A DNA stretch of 64,000 nucleotides from Bacteriovoracia bacterium. Lineage in GTDB: Bacteria > Bdellovibrionota > UBA1018 > JBFWNL01. The notes below the pieces were generated by a model. That model was not told the DNA's origin, searched no databases, and saw only the letters and a list, made by a program, of their open reading frames with translations. The position numbers and the translations under genes were made by a program. The stretch is from assembly GCA_050251055.1 (NCBI GenBank), contig JBFWNL010000002.1:351961-415960 (forward strand), written 5' to 3'. Of this stretch, positions 18,529 to 28,902 are shown piece by piece; the first letter of the stretch is position 1; the number at the start of each line of letters is the position of its first letter.

Positions 18529-20667
18529 TTAGAGACCTAAGGAAAGCTGCTTGAGCTGGCGAATTCGATCACGCAGGAGCGCCGCGTTCTCGAATTGCAT
18601 CTGCTCGGCGGCCTTGCGCATCGCCTTTTCCATCTTTGCCACCGACTGCGGAACGTGGTGCATGTCGGTGAAGTATTCGCCGGCGAGCTCCCGAATGCGT
18701 TCGATCTTTTCGGCGCCGTCCATAAAATCCAGGTTTGCCTCGGCCGCGCGCCACACGCTCTGGCCGTGACCGGAACCCGCGCCCGTTCGCAGCGCACGCT
18801 TCGTCTGCGCCGCACGGTCCCTCCACTTCGACTCCAGCTCGGCATCGCTGTCCTCGCCCGTGGAAATAGGCGCGTGAATCGCCTTGCGGATCGTCTGCGG
18901 GGTAATGCCATGTTTTTGGTTGTGCTCTTCTTGAATCTTTCGGCGGCGCGCGGTTTCATCCAGCGCAATGCGCATGCTATCGGTGGTCTTATCGGCGTAT
19001 AAGAGAACAAACCCGTCCGCGTTTCGCGCGGCGCGGCCGATGGTTTGAATGAGGGACCGCGAGCTGCGCAGGAAGCCCTCCTTGTCCGCATCCAAAATCG
19101 CCACGAGCGAAACTTCCGGCAAATCCAGGCCCTCGCGCAGCAAGTTGATCCCCACCAGCACGTCGAAGGTGCCCAGGCGCAGGTCCCGTAGAATCTCGAT
19201 GCGCTCGAGTGTATCAATGTCCGAGTGCAGGTATTTTACCTTGATTCCCTGCTCCTGGTAAAAACGCGTGAGTTCCTCGGCCAAACGTTTAGTGAGCGTC
19301 GTGACCAGCACCCGCTCTTTGCGTTCCACCCGCTTTCGGATTTCGCCCAAGAGATTGTCCACCTGGGTCTGGGCGGAGCGGACTTCCACCAGGGGATCCA
19401 GCAAGCCCGTCGGACGGATTACCTGCTCGACGATCTCGCCTTGGGTTTTTCCCAGCTCGTACTCACCGGGGGTCGCGGAGACAAAAACCGCCTGATGGAC
19501 TATCTTCTCCCACTCCTCGAAATTGAGCGGTCGGTTATCCAGCGCTGACGGCAGCCGGAAACCGTGCTCCACTAGGCTCATCTTACGTGCACGATCCCCG
19601 CGGTACATCCCCCCGATCTGGGGCACGGTCACGTGGCTTTCATCGACGACGAGCAGCCAATCTTTCGGAAAGTATTCCAGCAGAGTCGGCGGTGGGTCGC
19701 CGGGCCGGCGGCCCGTAAGGTGCCGGGAATAGTTCTCGACGCCTTGGCAGTAACCCAGCTCGGAAAGCATCTCGAGATCATACAGCGTACGCTGGGAGAG
19801 TCGCTGGGCCTCGAGCGGTTTTTGCAGCTGCTGATACTCGTCCAAACGCCCCCGCAATTCCTCGCGGATACTCTCGATGGCACGTCGGCGATTTTCAACC
19901 GTCGTCACGTAGTGGCTGCCCGGATAAATCGTCACGCGGGGAAGCTTAGTGAGGCGAACTCCGCGCAGGGGATCCACTTCGGAGATTGCTTCGATCTCGT
20001 CGCCGAAGAATTCCACTCGGATGGCGCGCTCTTCCTCATAGGCGGGATAGATCTCCACCACCTCGCCGCGTACGCGGAACGTCCCACGGTGAAAGTCCAC
20101 GTCGTTGCGCTCGTACTGAATTTCCACAAGTTTGCGCAGTACGTCCTGGCGTTTCATCTCCTTGCCCACCTCCAGGTACAGGATCAAGCCTTCGTACGCC
20201 TCTGGCGATCCCAGACCATAGATGCAAGAGATAGAGGAGACGATGATCACGTCGTTGCGCTCGAGCAGGGAACGGGTGGCGGAATGGCGGAGCTTGTCGA
20301 TCTCCTCGTTGATCTGCGAATCTTTCTCGATGTAGGTGTCCGTGCTCGGAATATAGGCTTCCGGCTGGTAGTAGTCATAATAACTCACAAAATACTCGAC
20401 GGCGTTCTCGGGAAAAAACTCCCGAAACTCGGAGAAGAGTTGCGCGGCGAGTGTCTTGTTATGGCAAAGCACGAGTGTGGGTTTGTTCAGCTTGGCGATA
20501 ACGTTGGCCATGGTGAACGTCTTGCCGGAGCCGGTTACCCCAAGCAGAACCTGAGAGCGCTTGCCGTCTTCCAGATTACGCGCCAAAATATCGATGGCCT
20601 GGGGCTGATCTCCCGTGGGCTGGAATGGCGTCTTCAATGCGAACTTGCGGTCCGTAAAAAGGGGCAT
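18529..20667 (-). CDS. uvrB: Excinuclease ABC subunit B
   Basis: [10 protein letters not shown] Walker A, the beta-hairpin region, and the C-terminal UvrB/UvrC interaction motif. ~712 aa. Confidence 0.92.
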   Translation of the reverse strand: MPLFTDRKFALKTPFQPTGDQPQAIDILARNLEDGKRSQVLLGVTGSGKTFTMANVIAKLNKPTLVLCHNKTLAAQLFSEFREFFPENAVEYFVSYYDYYQPEAYIPSTDTYIEKDSQINEEIDKLRHSATRSLLERNDVIIVSSISCIYGLGSPEAYEGLILYLEVGKEMKRQDVLRKLVEIQYERNDVDFHRGTFRVRGEVVEIYPAYEEERAIRVEFFGDEIEAISEVDPLRGVRLTKLPRVTIYPGSHYVTTVENRRRAIESIREELRGRLDEYQQLQKPLEAQRLSQRTLYDLEMLSELGYCQGVENYSRHLTGRRPGDPPPTLLEYFPKDWLLVVDESHVTVPQIGGMYRGDRARKMSLVEHGFRLPSALDNRPLNFEEWEKIVHQAVFVSATPGEYELGKTQGEIVEQVIRPTGLLDPLVEVRSAQTQVDNLLGEIRKRVERKERVLVTTLTKRLAEELTRFYQEQGIKVKYLHSDIDTLERIEILRDLRLGTFDVLVGINLLREGLDLPEVSLVAILDADKEGFLRSSRSLIQTIGRAARNADGFVLLYADKTTDSMRIALDETARRRKIQEEHNQKHGITPQTIRKAIHAPISTGEDSDAELESKWRDRAAQTKRALRTGAGSGHGQSVWRAAEANLDFMDGAEKIERIRELAGEYFTDMHHVPQSVAKMEKAMRKAAEQMQFENAALLRDRIRQLKQLSLGL

Positions 20668-20702
20668 GGCTAACGTTTGAGGTTATCATATATAAGGGGA
20701 CA

Positions 20703-22193
20703 ATGACAGGCTGGCCCATCCTAAATTCGCTCGAGCTTGCGGAGTTTTGCCGACTCGCGCAGCCCCTGCTCCGCGGGCGCCGCATCGACAAGGTCTTCAT
20801 TCCCCGCCGAAACACCCAGGTTAACGGCTATTTAAAGGACGAATGGGCGTTACTGGCCGGTTCGCAAGGGGGCGCGGTTACATTGATATTCTGCCTTCGG
20901 CCCCAACGCCCCTACCTCACGCTGAAGTCCGGAAATCCCTTAAAGGCCGCCGGAGCGGACGCGACCTGGTCGCAGTTCGGAACGGTACTCGCCAAATACA
21001 TGGAAGGCGCCCAAATCGATCGCATCGAAACGGTACCGGGAGAACGCGTGCTCCTCCTCTACTTCCACACCGAGGGCTCCGCGTCGTTCTGCCTGGCGCT
21101 CACCTTGATTCCCGCCCGCCCCGAAGCTCGGTTGCTTCAAGGGCGAGACGGCGCCTGGCACACCCTCACGAGTTCGCGCGTGGCCGATGCCTCCCAACAT
21201 GTAGAAGCGTGGTCACTTCCCCCGTCTCGCTCGGTTCCGCCCGAGTTCAAGGTGCGCCCCGAATACCTGCATGACCTCGCCACGCTCGATCACGTCATCG
21301 AGTCTCGGCTGGCGCAGGAGGGATTCTCCTTACGGCAGGCCCGGCTCCAAGCCAAGTGGACAGGAGCATTGAAGCTCGCGCGGAAAGTGGAGAAGCAAAA
21401 CCGAGAGACGCTAGCGCATGCGGAGGGAGAACCCGACTGGCAGAAATTCGGAGATCTCTTCAAGACCGCGATGCACGCGCTACCGCCGCCGGAAAAAAGC
21501 CGCGACGGAAAATTCGTGCGCAGGCTACTCGATTATACTGTCGAACCCGCCGCCGAAGCCCAAGTCCCGTGCGACCCCCAACTGGCGCCCAAAGCGCAGC
21601 TCGAGAAATATTACGCACTCGCCAAGCGCAAAACCAAAAGACTCGAGGAATCCCGGGTCCGCCTGGAAGATGCGCGCGCGGACGCCGCTCGTGCGCAAGC
21701 CAAGCTCGAGACGATCGCTTCGGCCAACGACATGGCGACGCTCGACGCGATTGAAGGTCACTTAGGGACGTCCACCGGCCGCGGTGCCATCCCCGGCCGG
21801 TCCGTCGCGGCCAAATGGAAAGGGAAGCAATTCGTCTCGGAAGACGGCTGGGCGATCCTCGCCGGGCGCAACCTCAAAGAAAACCAGGAACTCACGTTCA
21901 AAATCGCGCGTGGCAACGACTGGTGGCTGCACGTCCGTGGAAAGCCAGGCGCGCATGTCGTGGTACCCGGGGAGGCCGGAAAAAGCGTTCCGCTCTCCAC
22001 CCTGCTCGACGCCGCCGAAGTGGCGATCCATTACAGCGGCGGCAAGGACTGGGGCAAGACCGAGGTCGATTACGTTCTGCGCAAGCACGTCAAGCGCATC
22101 AAAAACTCCTCCGAGGTCAGTTACCGCGGGGAAAAAACCCTGCTGATTTCGCCCGACCCTCTGCGCCGGCAGCGCCTGCTGGGCGGGGAATAG
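20703..22193 (+). CDS. NFACT-family protein (RqcH/FbpA-like) with C-terminal DUF814/NFACT-R domain
   Basis: C-terminal DGWAILAGRNLKENQELTFKIARGNDWWLHVRGKPGAHVVV is a typical DUF814 signature. The coiled-coil middle region is consistent with NFACT architecture. Confidence 0.6.
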   Translation: MTGWPILNSLELAEFCRLAQPLLRGRRIDKVFIPRRNTQVNGYLKDEWALLAGSQGGAVTLIFCLRPQRPYLTLKSGNPLKAAGADATWSQFGTVLAKYMEGAQIDRIETVPGERVLLLYFHTEGSASFCLALTLIPARPEARLLQGRDGAWHTLTSSRVADASQHVEAWSLPPSRSVPPEFKVRPEYLHDLATLDHVIESRLAQEGFSLRQARLQAKWTGALKLARKVEKQNRETLAHAEGEPDWQKFGDLFKTAMHALPPPEKSRDGKFVRRLLDYTVEPAAEAQVPCDPQLAPKAQLEKYYALAKRKTKRLEESRVRLEDARADAARAQAKLETIASANDMATLDAIEGHLGTSTGRGAIPGRSVAAKWKGKQFVSEDGWAILAGRNLKENQELTFKIARGNDWWLHVRGKPGAHVVVPGEAGKSVPLSTLLDAAEVAIHYSGGKDWGKTEVDYVLRKHVKRIKNSSEVSYRGEKTLLISPDPLRRQRLLGGE

Positions 22194-23654
22194 TCATTTC
22201 ACCAGTTTTTGGATGATGTACTCGAGCGCTTCCTGCTTGGAAGAAATCTTCTTCTCGAGCGCCAGGTCCTCGATCGTCTTTAGAATTTTTGCGAAGCCGG
22301 GACCGGGCTCTAGCCCTAGCTGGATCAGGTCCTTGCCGTCGACGAGCTGCACGGGAGACGCGACGTTTTCCACCTCCTGGAGCCGCTGCTGGCAGAATTC
22401 GAAGTAGGCGAGGTTACCGTCGGAAGCGAGCGCGTCCACGTGATGAAGCGCGAGCAGGCGGGGAAAAAGGGGCTCCTGAATCCAGCGCAAAAGCGTCGCT
22501 TCGCGCATGTGAAAAACCTCTTTGAACTTCAGGTGCTCCGAAATCATCCAGCAAACGGCTTCGATATCCACGAGCGACATCTTGAACCGCCGACACACGC
22601 TTTCGGCGATCTTCATGCCGTCGGCCTCGTGGCCGTTATAGTTCTTCAGCTGATTCCGGCGACCGGCCGCGGGCTTACCGCTGTCGTGCAAAAGCACCGC
22701 CCAGCGAAGCGCATAACCTTCCTGCGCCTTCGCGCCGGGTTTGATGGGATAATGTCGATTGAGGAGCTCGATCATCTTGAGCGTGCTCTGCCAAACGTCG
22801 CGCTTGGGATCCTGCACGCTCGGCTGGGGAATTCCCTTTAACGCCTCGAACTCGGGAAAAACGTGGGCTAGGATTCCAGTTTCCGAAAGCAGGCGCAGGC
22901 CCACGTGCGCCATCGGATCGGCCAAGATGAGATTGAACTCGCCACGAATGCGCTCAGAGCTCACCTGCTTAATCAGGCGTGCCTTTTTCTTGAGCGCCTC
23001 CAAGGTCTTGAGTTCCAAGTCGAAGCGCAGCGAAATCGTGAAACGGATCGCACGCATGAGCCGGAGGGCATCCTCCTCGAACCGAACCTCGGGCACGCCA
23101 ATGGCGCGGATACATCGCGCGCGCAGATCCTCGATGCCGTCCACGCTATCGAGCACCCGCATGGTTTTGGGATCATAGAAAAGCGCGTTCACGGTGAAGT
23201 CGCGGCGGCGGGCGTCCTCGAGGGGATTCGAGAAAACGACGCTCTGGGGGTGGCGATGGTCCTTATACTCCTGATCCTCGCGAAAAGTCGTAATTTCTAG
23301 GACGTCGCCCGGGGCCCCCACCACGGGAATCTTGATCACCCCGAAAGCCTTACCGACGGTGATGGCGTTGGGGAAAAGCTCGCATACTCGGTCAGGATGC
23401 GCATCCGTCGCCAGATCGTGATCCTTAGGTTCCCGTTTCAGGAGAAAATCACGCACGCTCCCGCCCACGAGGTAAGCGACGAAGCCCGCCTCGTTAAGCT
23501 TCTGTACGGCGTCCTTTACGTACGGGGGAATCGCGAAAGTCGACTCAATCCGGATCCACTTCGAGCTGCTGGCCGTCGTAGATGTAGTCGCTTTTGATGA
23601 CCGTGTCCGCTTCGAACCGGTTGCGCGCTTTCGTCCCTTCTGCTTGCTTTTCAC
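22194..23654 (-). CDS. cca: CCA-adding enzyme / tRNA nucleotidyltransferase with HD domain
   Basis: AYLVGGSVRDFLL and the DhDLAT nucleotidyltransferase motif. RFTVNALFYD. HD motif LLHDSGK. The K/R-rich first ~40 aa make the true start uncertain. Confidence 0.75.
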   Translation of the reverse strand: MKSKQKGRKRATGSKRTRSSKATTSTTASSSKWIRIESTFAIPPYVKDAVQKLNEAGFVAYLVGGSVRDFLLKREPKDHDLATDAHPDRVCELFPNAITVGKAFGVIKIPVVGAPGDVLEITTFREDQEYKDHRHPQSVVFSNPLEDARRRDFTVNALFYDPKTMRVLDSVDGIEDLRARCIRAIGVPEVRFEEDALRLMRAIRFTISLRFDLELKTLEALKKKARLIKQVSSERIRGEFNLILADPMAHVGLRLLSETGILAHVFPEFEALKGIPQPSVQDPKRDVWQSTLKMIELLNRHYPIKPGAKAQEGYALRWAVLLHDSGKPAAGRRNQLKNYNGHEADGMKIAESVCRRFKMSLVDIEAVCWMISEHLKFKEVFHMREATLLRWIQEPLFPRLLALHHVDALASDGNLAYFEFCQQRLQEVENVASPVQLVDGKDLIQLGLEPGPGFAKILKTIEDLALEKKISSKQEALEYIIQKLVK

Positions 23655-23868
23655 GCCTTTGCCTGCCCTTTTTTACCCGAACCGTCCCACCCGGAGCCGC
23701 CGTCGTGGGCGCCTCCGCCGAGTGCTCCGCGGAATGCAGCGTCGCGGTATCGCCTTCCGTGAAGGCATCGGCGGTGTCGTCCCCGATGGCGGACGACGAG
23801 AGCGCCAGCCCCACCAGCCCCATCCAGATCACTAATCTTCGACCTAAGCTTCGAATGAAATACTCCAT
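23545..23868 (-). CDS. Possible small secreted protein (107 aa); conflicts with the cca 5' end
   Basis: Signal-peptide-like N-terminus MEYFIRSLGRRLVIWMGLVGLALSSSAIG. Overlaps 110 nt of the annotated cca N-terminal extension in another frame. Confidence 0.25.
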   Translation of the reverse strand: MEYFIRSLGRRLVIWMGLVGLALSSSAIGDDTADAFTEGDTATLHSAEHSAEAPTTAAPGGTVRVKKGRQRREKQAEGTKARNRFEADTVIKSDYIYDGQQLEVDPD

Positions 23869-23877
23869 CTCGGCGGA

Positions 23878-26514
23878 TTACCGTATGAGCACTTCCCGCG
23901 GACGAGCGCCGTCCGCCGGTCCGACCATGCCTTTTTCTTCCATGGTCTCGATCATGCGGGCCGCCCGGTTATAGCCGACTTTGAGGTGCCGCTGCAAGAA
24001 GCTCGCGGAGGCCTGTCCCGTGCGTTTCACGAGCTCCACGGCATCCTGGAAAAGCGGATCGGCTTCTTCGTCGCCGCCGCCCTCGGCGTCGGCCTCGTCA
24101 TCGATCAAAATTTCGTCGCGGTAAACCGGCTTGCCCTGTTCCTTCAGGAAGGCGGTGATCTTGTTGATCTCGTCGTCGTCCACGAAAGCGCCATGCAAAC
24201 GGGTCATCTGGGCCGTGCCGGGGGGAATGAAGAGCATGTCTCCTTGTCCCAGCAGTCGCTCGGCGCCGCCCTTGTCGAGAATCGTCTTGGAATCGATGTG
24301 GCTCGCGAGCTGGAAAGATACCCGCGACGGCAGGTTCGCCTTGATCAACCCCGTGATGACGTCCGTGGACGGACGCTGGGTCGCGATTACAAGGTGAATG
24401 CCGGCGGCCCGCGCCTTCTGGGCGATGCGCGCGATAGAGATTTCGACCTCCTTGCGCGCGACCATCATCAAATCGGCCAACTCGTCGATAATGACCACGA
24501 TGTAAGGGAGTTTACCCACCTGCGGGGTTCCCGTTTCATCGGGTTCGAAAGCTTCCAGCCAATCCCCCGCGGGCCCCGTGCTCCCTCCACTACCGGAGGC
24601 TTGGCTGTCCTGGGCGGAAAGCAGGTCGCGCACGACTTCGACCCCCATGTCTTGGACCTTCTGGTTGTAGGCGGCAAGGTTGCGCGCGCCCATGGCGGCC
24701 AAAATCCGGTACCGCCGCTCCATCTCGCGAACGGCCCACTTGAGCGCGATGGACGCATGCTTGGGGTCGTCCACCACCGGCAAGAGCAGATGTGGGATGT
24801 CGGCGTAGGAACGAAACTCGATGAACTTGGGATCCACCAGGATCAAGCGCAGCTCGTCGGGAGTGAAACGATAAAGCAAAGAACAGATCAAGCCGTTCAT
24901 GAACACGGACTTGCCCGAGCCCGTCTGGCCGGCGCTGAGCAGGTGAGGCATGCGCGCCAGATCCGAGATCATGCACTGGCCGCCGATGTCCTTGCCCATG
25001 ACCACGGGAATACTGAACCGTTCACCGCGAAAATCCGGGTGCTGCAGGAACTCGCGCAGGAAAACCTTCTCGCGGTTATCGCTGGGTATCTCGATCCCCA
25101 CTACCGACTTCCCGGGCAAGGGAGCCAAGATACGCACGCTCTCCGCGCTCAGGGCCATTGACAGATCATCGGCCAAGGCGGCAATACGGGAAACCTTGAT
25201 GCCCGGACCGGGCCGGAACTCGTACAGCGTGATCACAGGGCCGGGGCGCACGGCGGTTACCTCGCCTTCGATGCCGAAGTCGGCGAGCTTATCGCGCAGA
25301 ATCGCCGAATTCTGGATCAACCGATCACGGTCAATCGAAGCGTCGATTTTAGGGGGCTTGCTGAGGAATTCGGTCGTAGGCAGCTGCCAAGCCGTCTTCT
25401 TTGCGCCAAGCTTCAGCATCGAGGCGAGCTTGGAAGCTCGTTTGGCGGCGGCCGCTTCGGCGGCAGTGGGTTCCTGCGCGGATTCTTTTTTCCACGGCAA
25501 GATCTCGGGCGCTTTGCCGGACTTCGCTCCCCGCGACGGGATCTCCTCTTCGTCCCACTCGCTCTCCGTGCCATCGGTGTCGTCGAACTCTCCAGCCTCG
25601 GGAATCTCGGAGATCTCCACGGCCTCGGCATCCGTCAGGGCCTCCACCTCCACCCCGTCGGCGCCGGCCGCTTCCAACTCGGCGCCCTCGAGGCCAATCT
25701 CCGGAGACACCGCGCCCTTCGCCTTCCCGGCTTCGCGCTTCATCTCGGCTCCCACGGCGGTGGCGCGCTCGCGCGCCAGGCGAATCACCGCCTGGGCCGC
25801 TTTCTGGATGAATTGATACGCACCCTGCACGAGCTTCAGGCTAAACAGCCCCAAAAGATAGACGAGATAGGCCGCGGCAAGCTTCGCCCCACGGAACGTC
25901 CAGAACGCGGCCGCGCGCAACGCCTTCGACAGGAAAACCGAAACGCTCACCGGCGTGGACGCCACGACGGCGATGAAGAAGACCACGAGCGAGATGATGG
26001 AGGCACCCAGCGGATGCAGGGGCTCTTCCAGGCTTTTGGCGACCCAAGCGCCGAACACGCCGCCCGTAAGGATCGAACCGCCCGCATACGGGATCGTCGG
26101 CCACTGCAAAGTCAGGAACACGCTGAAGGAAACGACGGCGACGCACATTCCACCCATGATGCCGGTGGCCCGCACGAAACCCTCGCGCTGGTGCACGGTG
26201 GTCGCCAGGAAAATCAGCGCCGCCGGAAGCAGGAAGCCCCCCAAGCCGATACTCTGCAAGAGCAACGAGGCGAGGTAAGCCCCGACCCAGCCGCACGCAT
26301 TAGTCGCGGCCTGGTGCGTATTCGTGAAGAAGGAAGGGTCGCGTGGATTATAAGTGACGAGCGCGCAGATCGAGAACACCGCCAACGCCAAGCAAAGCAG
26401 GCTGAGAATCTCGATTGCCATGCGCTTCGGAGGAGCCCCCACGCCGCGGGACGCCGCGACGGAGGTTCGGGGGTAGGGCTTCACGATGTTTCGGGAGATC
26501 GGTTTTCTTTGCAT
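23878..26514 (-). CDS. ftsK: DNA translocase FtsK/SpoIIIE
   Basis: N-terminal polytopic membrane domain, long acidic linker, motor domain with GQTGSGKS Walker A, and a C-terminal gamma winged-helix domain. Start set at MQRKPIS (26514), because the 26733 extension overlaps the divergent ROK kinase gene. Confidence 0.88.
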   Translation of the reverse strand: MQRKPISRNIVKPYPRTSVAASRGVGAPPKRMAIEILSLLCLALAVFSICALVTYNPRDPSFFTNTHQAATNACGWVGAYLASLLLQSIGLGGFLLPAALIFLATTVHQREGFVRATGIMGGMCVAVVSFSVFLTLQWPTIPYAGGSILTGGVFGAWVAKSLEEPLHPLGASIISLVVFFIAVVASTPVSVSVFLSKALRAAAFWTFRGAKLAAAYLVYLLGLFSLKLVQGAYQFIQKAAQAVIRLARERATAVGAEMKREAGKAKGAVSPEIGLEGAELEAAGADGVEVEALTDAEAVEISEIPEAGEFDDTDGTESEWDEEEIPSRGAKSGKAPEILPWKKESAQEPTAAEAAAAKRASKLASMLKLGAKKTAWQLPTTEFLSKPPKIDASIDRDRLIQNSAILRDKLADFGIEGEVTAVRPGPVITLYEFRPGPGIKVSRIAALADDLSMALSAESVRILAPLPGKSVVGIEIPSDNREKVFLREFLQHPDFRGERFSIPVVMGKDIGGQCMISDLARMPHLLSAGQTGSGKSVFMNGLICSLLYRFTPDELRLILVDPKFIEFRSYADIPHLLLPVVDDPKHASIALKWAVREMERRYRILAAMGARNLAAYNQKVQDMGVEVVRDLLSAQDSQASGSGGSTGPAGDWLEAFEPDETGTPQVGKLPYIVVIIDELADLMMVARKEVEISIARIAQKARAAGIHLVIATQRPSTDVITGLIKANLPSRVSFQLASHIDSKTILDKGGAERLLGQGDMLFIPPGTAQMTRLHGAFVDDDEINKITAFLKEQGKPVYRDEILIDDEADAEGGGDEEADPLFQDAVELVKRTGQASASFLQRHLKVGYNRAARMIETMEEKGMVGPADGARPREVLIR

Positions 26515-26574
26515 GCGGCTCTCACACCTGTATTTGACTGCGTATTCATTCATGATAACACGGCTGTTCGAGTT

Positions 26575-27537
26575 ATGAACACTGCAGTACTCGCCTATGA
26601 TTTGGGCGGCACAAAAGTGGCGGTCGGCGTAGTCGATGTGCGCGAAGGCCAGGGCCGATCGGACGGAAAGATCCTCGCGGAAACGCGCGAGCCCATCCAC
26701 GTCGAGCGGGGACGGGCCGACGTCATGAATCATCTCGCCGAGCTGGGAAAAAAATTCCTGCGTGAGTACCCGAAAATCCGCGCGGTGGGCATCGCTTCGG
26801 CGGGCCCCCTGGATCCGGTGAAAGGGGTTTTGCTCGACCCCACCAACCTGGTGACCGAAGGCAAGAGCTGGGGCCAGGTCCCGATCGCCCGCGAGCTTTC
26901 GCGACGTTTAAAACGCAAAGTCTGGCTCGACAACGACGCCGCCGCCGCCATGCTGGCCGAGCAGCGCTGGGGAGCCGCGAAAAAGCGGCAAAATGCCATG
27001 ATTTTGACGCTCGGAACGGGCTTAGGCACCGGCATCATCTGTAACGGCAAGCTGGTACGCAGCGGGCGCATGCTTCATCCCGAAGGCGGACACGTCATCC
27101 TGCGCGCGGATGACGGGGACGCTCCCTGCGGCTGCGGAAATCTGGGCTGCGCCGAAGCCTACCTGTCAGGCCGCAACTTCACACGTCGGTTTCGCCGGTC
27201 ATATGGCGACCCATCCCTTTCGGGATCGCAAATCACGGAACTCGCGCGCGACGGAAACCTCGCGGCCCGAGCGGCTTTTGCGGACTACGCAAAGACGCTC
27301 GCCATCGCGATCCACAACTACGTCGTGCTGTTCTCTCCCGAAGTCGTCGTGCTTACCGGAAGCTTCGCCGAAGCCGCCGATCTTTTTCTGGAACCGGCCC
27401 GCCAACAGCTCGAAGGACTGCTCGCGCGACGGCGCGTGGGCAAGGATCTGATGCCTAAGTTACTGCTCAGTCGCCTAAATAATCGCGCCGGAATTTTGGG
27501 CGGAGCTCTCGTCGCCCACTATCAAGGCAAAATCTAA
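26575..27537 (+). CDS. ROK-family sugar kinase (glucokinase/N-acetylglucosamine kinase-like)
   Basis: DLGGTKVAVGVVD N-terminal ATP-binding motif and the ROK zinc motif CGCGNLGCAEAY. The track ORF 25813 is an upstream read-through of this frame. Confidence 0.8.
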   Translation: MNTAVLAYDLGGTKVAVGVVDVREGQGRSDGKILAETREPIHVERGRADVMNHLAELGKKFLREYPKIRAVGIASAGPLDPVKGVLLDPTNLVTEGKSWGQVPIARELSRRLKRKVWLDNDAAAAMLAEQRWGAAKKRQNAMILTLGTGLGTGIICNGKLVRSGRMLHPEGGHVILRADDGDAPCGCGNLGCAEAYLSGRNFTRRFRRSYGDPSLSGSQITELARDGNLAARAAFADYAKTLAIAIHNYVVLFSPEVVVLTGSFAEAADLFLEPARQQLEGLLARRRVGKDLMPKLLLSRLNNRAGILGGALVAHYQGKI

Positions 27538-27602
27538 CACTTCGCGCAACTCAAACTCCCTTCGCCCGAATTACGCGTCGAGTCTTGCGTACCGTAATTT
27601 CG

Positions 27603-27636
27603 TTGACACTAGGGGTTGGCTATCCGACTGTAAAAT
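27603..27636 (+). promoter_or_regulatory. Candidate promoter elements (TTGACA ... TGTAAAAT) upstream of the outer-membrane-protein gene
   Basis: Perfect TTGACA, but 22-nt spacing to TAAAAT is non-canonical. AAGGAG Shine-Dalgarno 8 nt before the ATG at 27655. Confidence 0.25.
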
Positions 27637-27654
27637 CATAAAGGAGATTCATTC

Positions 27655-28734
27655 ATGCTGGTATCCTCGCTTAAGGAAAGAATCATTATCGTCCTCATGG
27701 CTGGCGCGGCGATCGCGGCCGTTACCCTCAATCCGGCCTACGCCTCTCGCTCGAAGGTGCTCGTATCGGGCGCGGGCGACGGCGGCATGATCCTCGGGGG
27801 CACGGGCTCCAGCGGGAGTCTCTACACCGACAGCGTGTACAACATGTTCTACAACCCGTCTTACATTAACGACTACGGACAATGGGCGATCATCGAAAAG
27901 ACCAACGGCACGGCGCCGGGCGGCGGTGCCGCGGCCGCCGCAGACGGCGGATTCGTGATGGCGTTTGCGAACGTCAACTTCGGATTCTTCTTCAACCGCG
28001 TCGACGGCACTTCCGGCTTCAACGTCGGCTCTTTCAACAACCGCTTCAACTTCCGGCCGTTTGACTTCACGTTGGGCGCCGACATGGGCGGAGTGAAATG
28101 GGGCCTGGGCCTCACTTACGGCGGCTTCAAAGGCGCCACGATCACCGACAAAGACTTGCAGATTCGTCTCGGAGCGCAGTGGGCGGGACTCGATCCGTTC
28201 ATCGGTTTCACGGCCGTGGGCAACGGCAACGTTGGCGGCACCGACACCACGGTGAAGGATTTCACCGCCGGTTTGCGCTATCACTGGGGTGAGTGGCTCC
28301 CTTACTTCGCCTATATGCAAAACAGCACGGGCGGCAACGTCGTGGCGAAAAACTGGGGTATCGGTTTTGGGCGCAACACGCGCATGTCCGACGTCGTGAA
28401 GCTCGATTATAGCGTTGGCTTCTGGCGTGCGACCCAAGCCTCCACGTCGCGCGTGCCCTTCTCTCTCACCGTGGAAGGCAAGCTCACTTCGTGGTGCGCC
28501 TTGCGCGGGGGCGTCCAGTACAACTTCCTGGATCAAACAAACGGGGTTTCGAACGCCGATTCCACCAAAGGGCGCATCGGCGCGAGCTTCTTCACCGACG
28601 GCCTCTCGCTGGACTGGGCGCTCGGCAACATCGCCACCCAGGCGAGTGCTTCCGAAGCGGGACGCATCGATTCGACGGCGTTCGCGCTCGACTCGGCCCT
28701 CTTCACTTCGGCTAGCTTGACCTATAAGTGGTAA
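27655..28734 (+). CDS. Outer-membrane beta-barrel protein, Gly/Asn-rich
   Basis: Signal peptide, alternating beta-strand pattern, and a C-terminal ...SLTYKW aromatic terminus. Strong Shine-Dalgarno. Terminator follows. Confidence 0.7.
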   Translation: MLVSSLKERIIIVLMAGAAIAAVTLNPAYASRSKVLVSGAGDGGMILGGTGSSGSLYTDSVYNMFYNPSYINDYGQWAIIEKTNGTAPGGGAAAAADGGFVMAFANVNFGFFFNRVDGTSGFNVGSFNNRFNFRPFDFTLGADMGGVKWGLGLTYGGFKGATITDKDLQIRLGAQWAGLDPFIGFTAVGNGNVGGTDTTVKDFTAGLRYHWGEWLPYFAYMQNSTGGNVVAKNWGIGFGRNTRMSDVVKLDYSVGFWRATQASTSRVPFSLTVEGKLTSWCALRGGVQYNFLDQTNGVSNADSTKGRIGASFFTDGLSLDWALGNIATQASASEAGRIDSTAFALDSALFTSASLTYKW

Positions 28735-28760
28735 GTTAAACGATCCGACCGATCTCAAAA

Positions 28761-28797
28761 AGGCGGGACGCCCTAAACGTCCCGCCTTTTTTATTTT
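28761..28797 (+). terminator. Rho-independent terminator
   Basis: aggcgggacg / cgtcccgcct stem with ccctaaa loop, followed by tttttatttt. Confidence 0.85.
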
Positions 28798-28902
28798 CTC
28801 CGCAAGCCTTTGATTCCATAAATATAAATCATCTCCATAACTTACAACCCACTCCCGGGTAGGGCTTGCCTGTCCGGCTCCTTTCATCTAATTCCTTCGT
28901 GC

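Noticed and set aside
19633-20673. 346-aa plus-strand ORF antisense to uvrB
   Set aside because: Shadow ORF; uvrB is unambiguous.
23986-25161. 391-aa plus-strand ORF inside ftsK
   Set aside because: Antisense to the strongly supported FtsK motor domain. Arg/Gly/Asp-rich composition and no motifs.
25813-26574. Upstream 254-aa extension of the ROK kinase track ORF
   Set aside because: In-frame read-through across the ftsK gene on the opposite strand. ROK N-terminal motif starts at 26575 with a proper divergent promoter gap.
26515-26733. 73-aa N-terminal extension of ftsK
   Set aside because: Would overlap the ROK kinase N-terminus on the opposite strand. MQRKPIS followed by membrane helices is a typical FtsK start.
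27649-28887. 412-aa ORF antisense to the outer-membrane-protein gene
   Set aside because: Antisense shadow ORF typical of high-GC DNA. The sense strand has a clear signal peptide, beta-barrel C-terminus, Shine-Dalgarno and terminator; the antisense product is Arg/Gly-rich low complexity.
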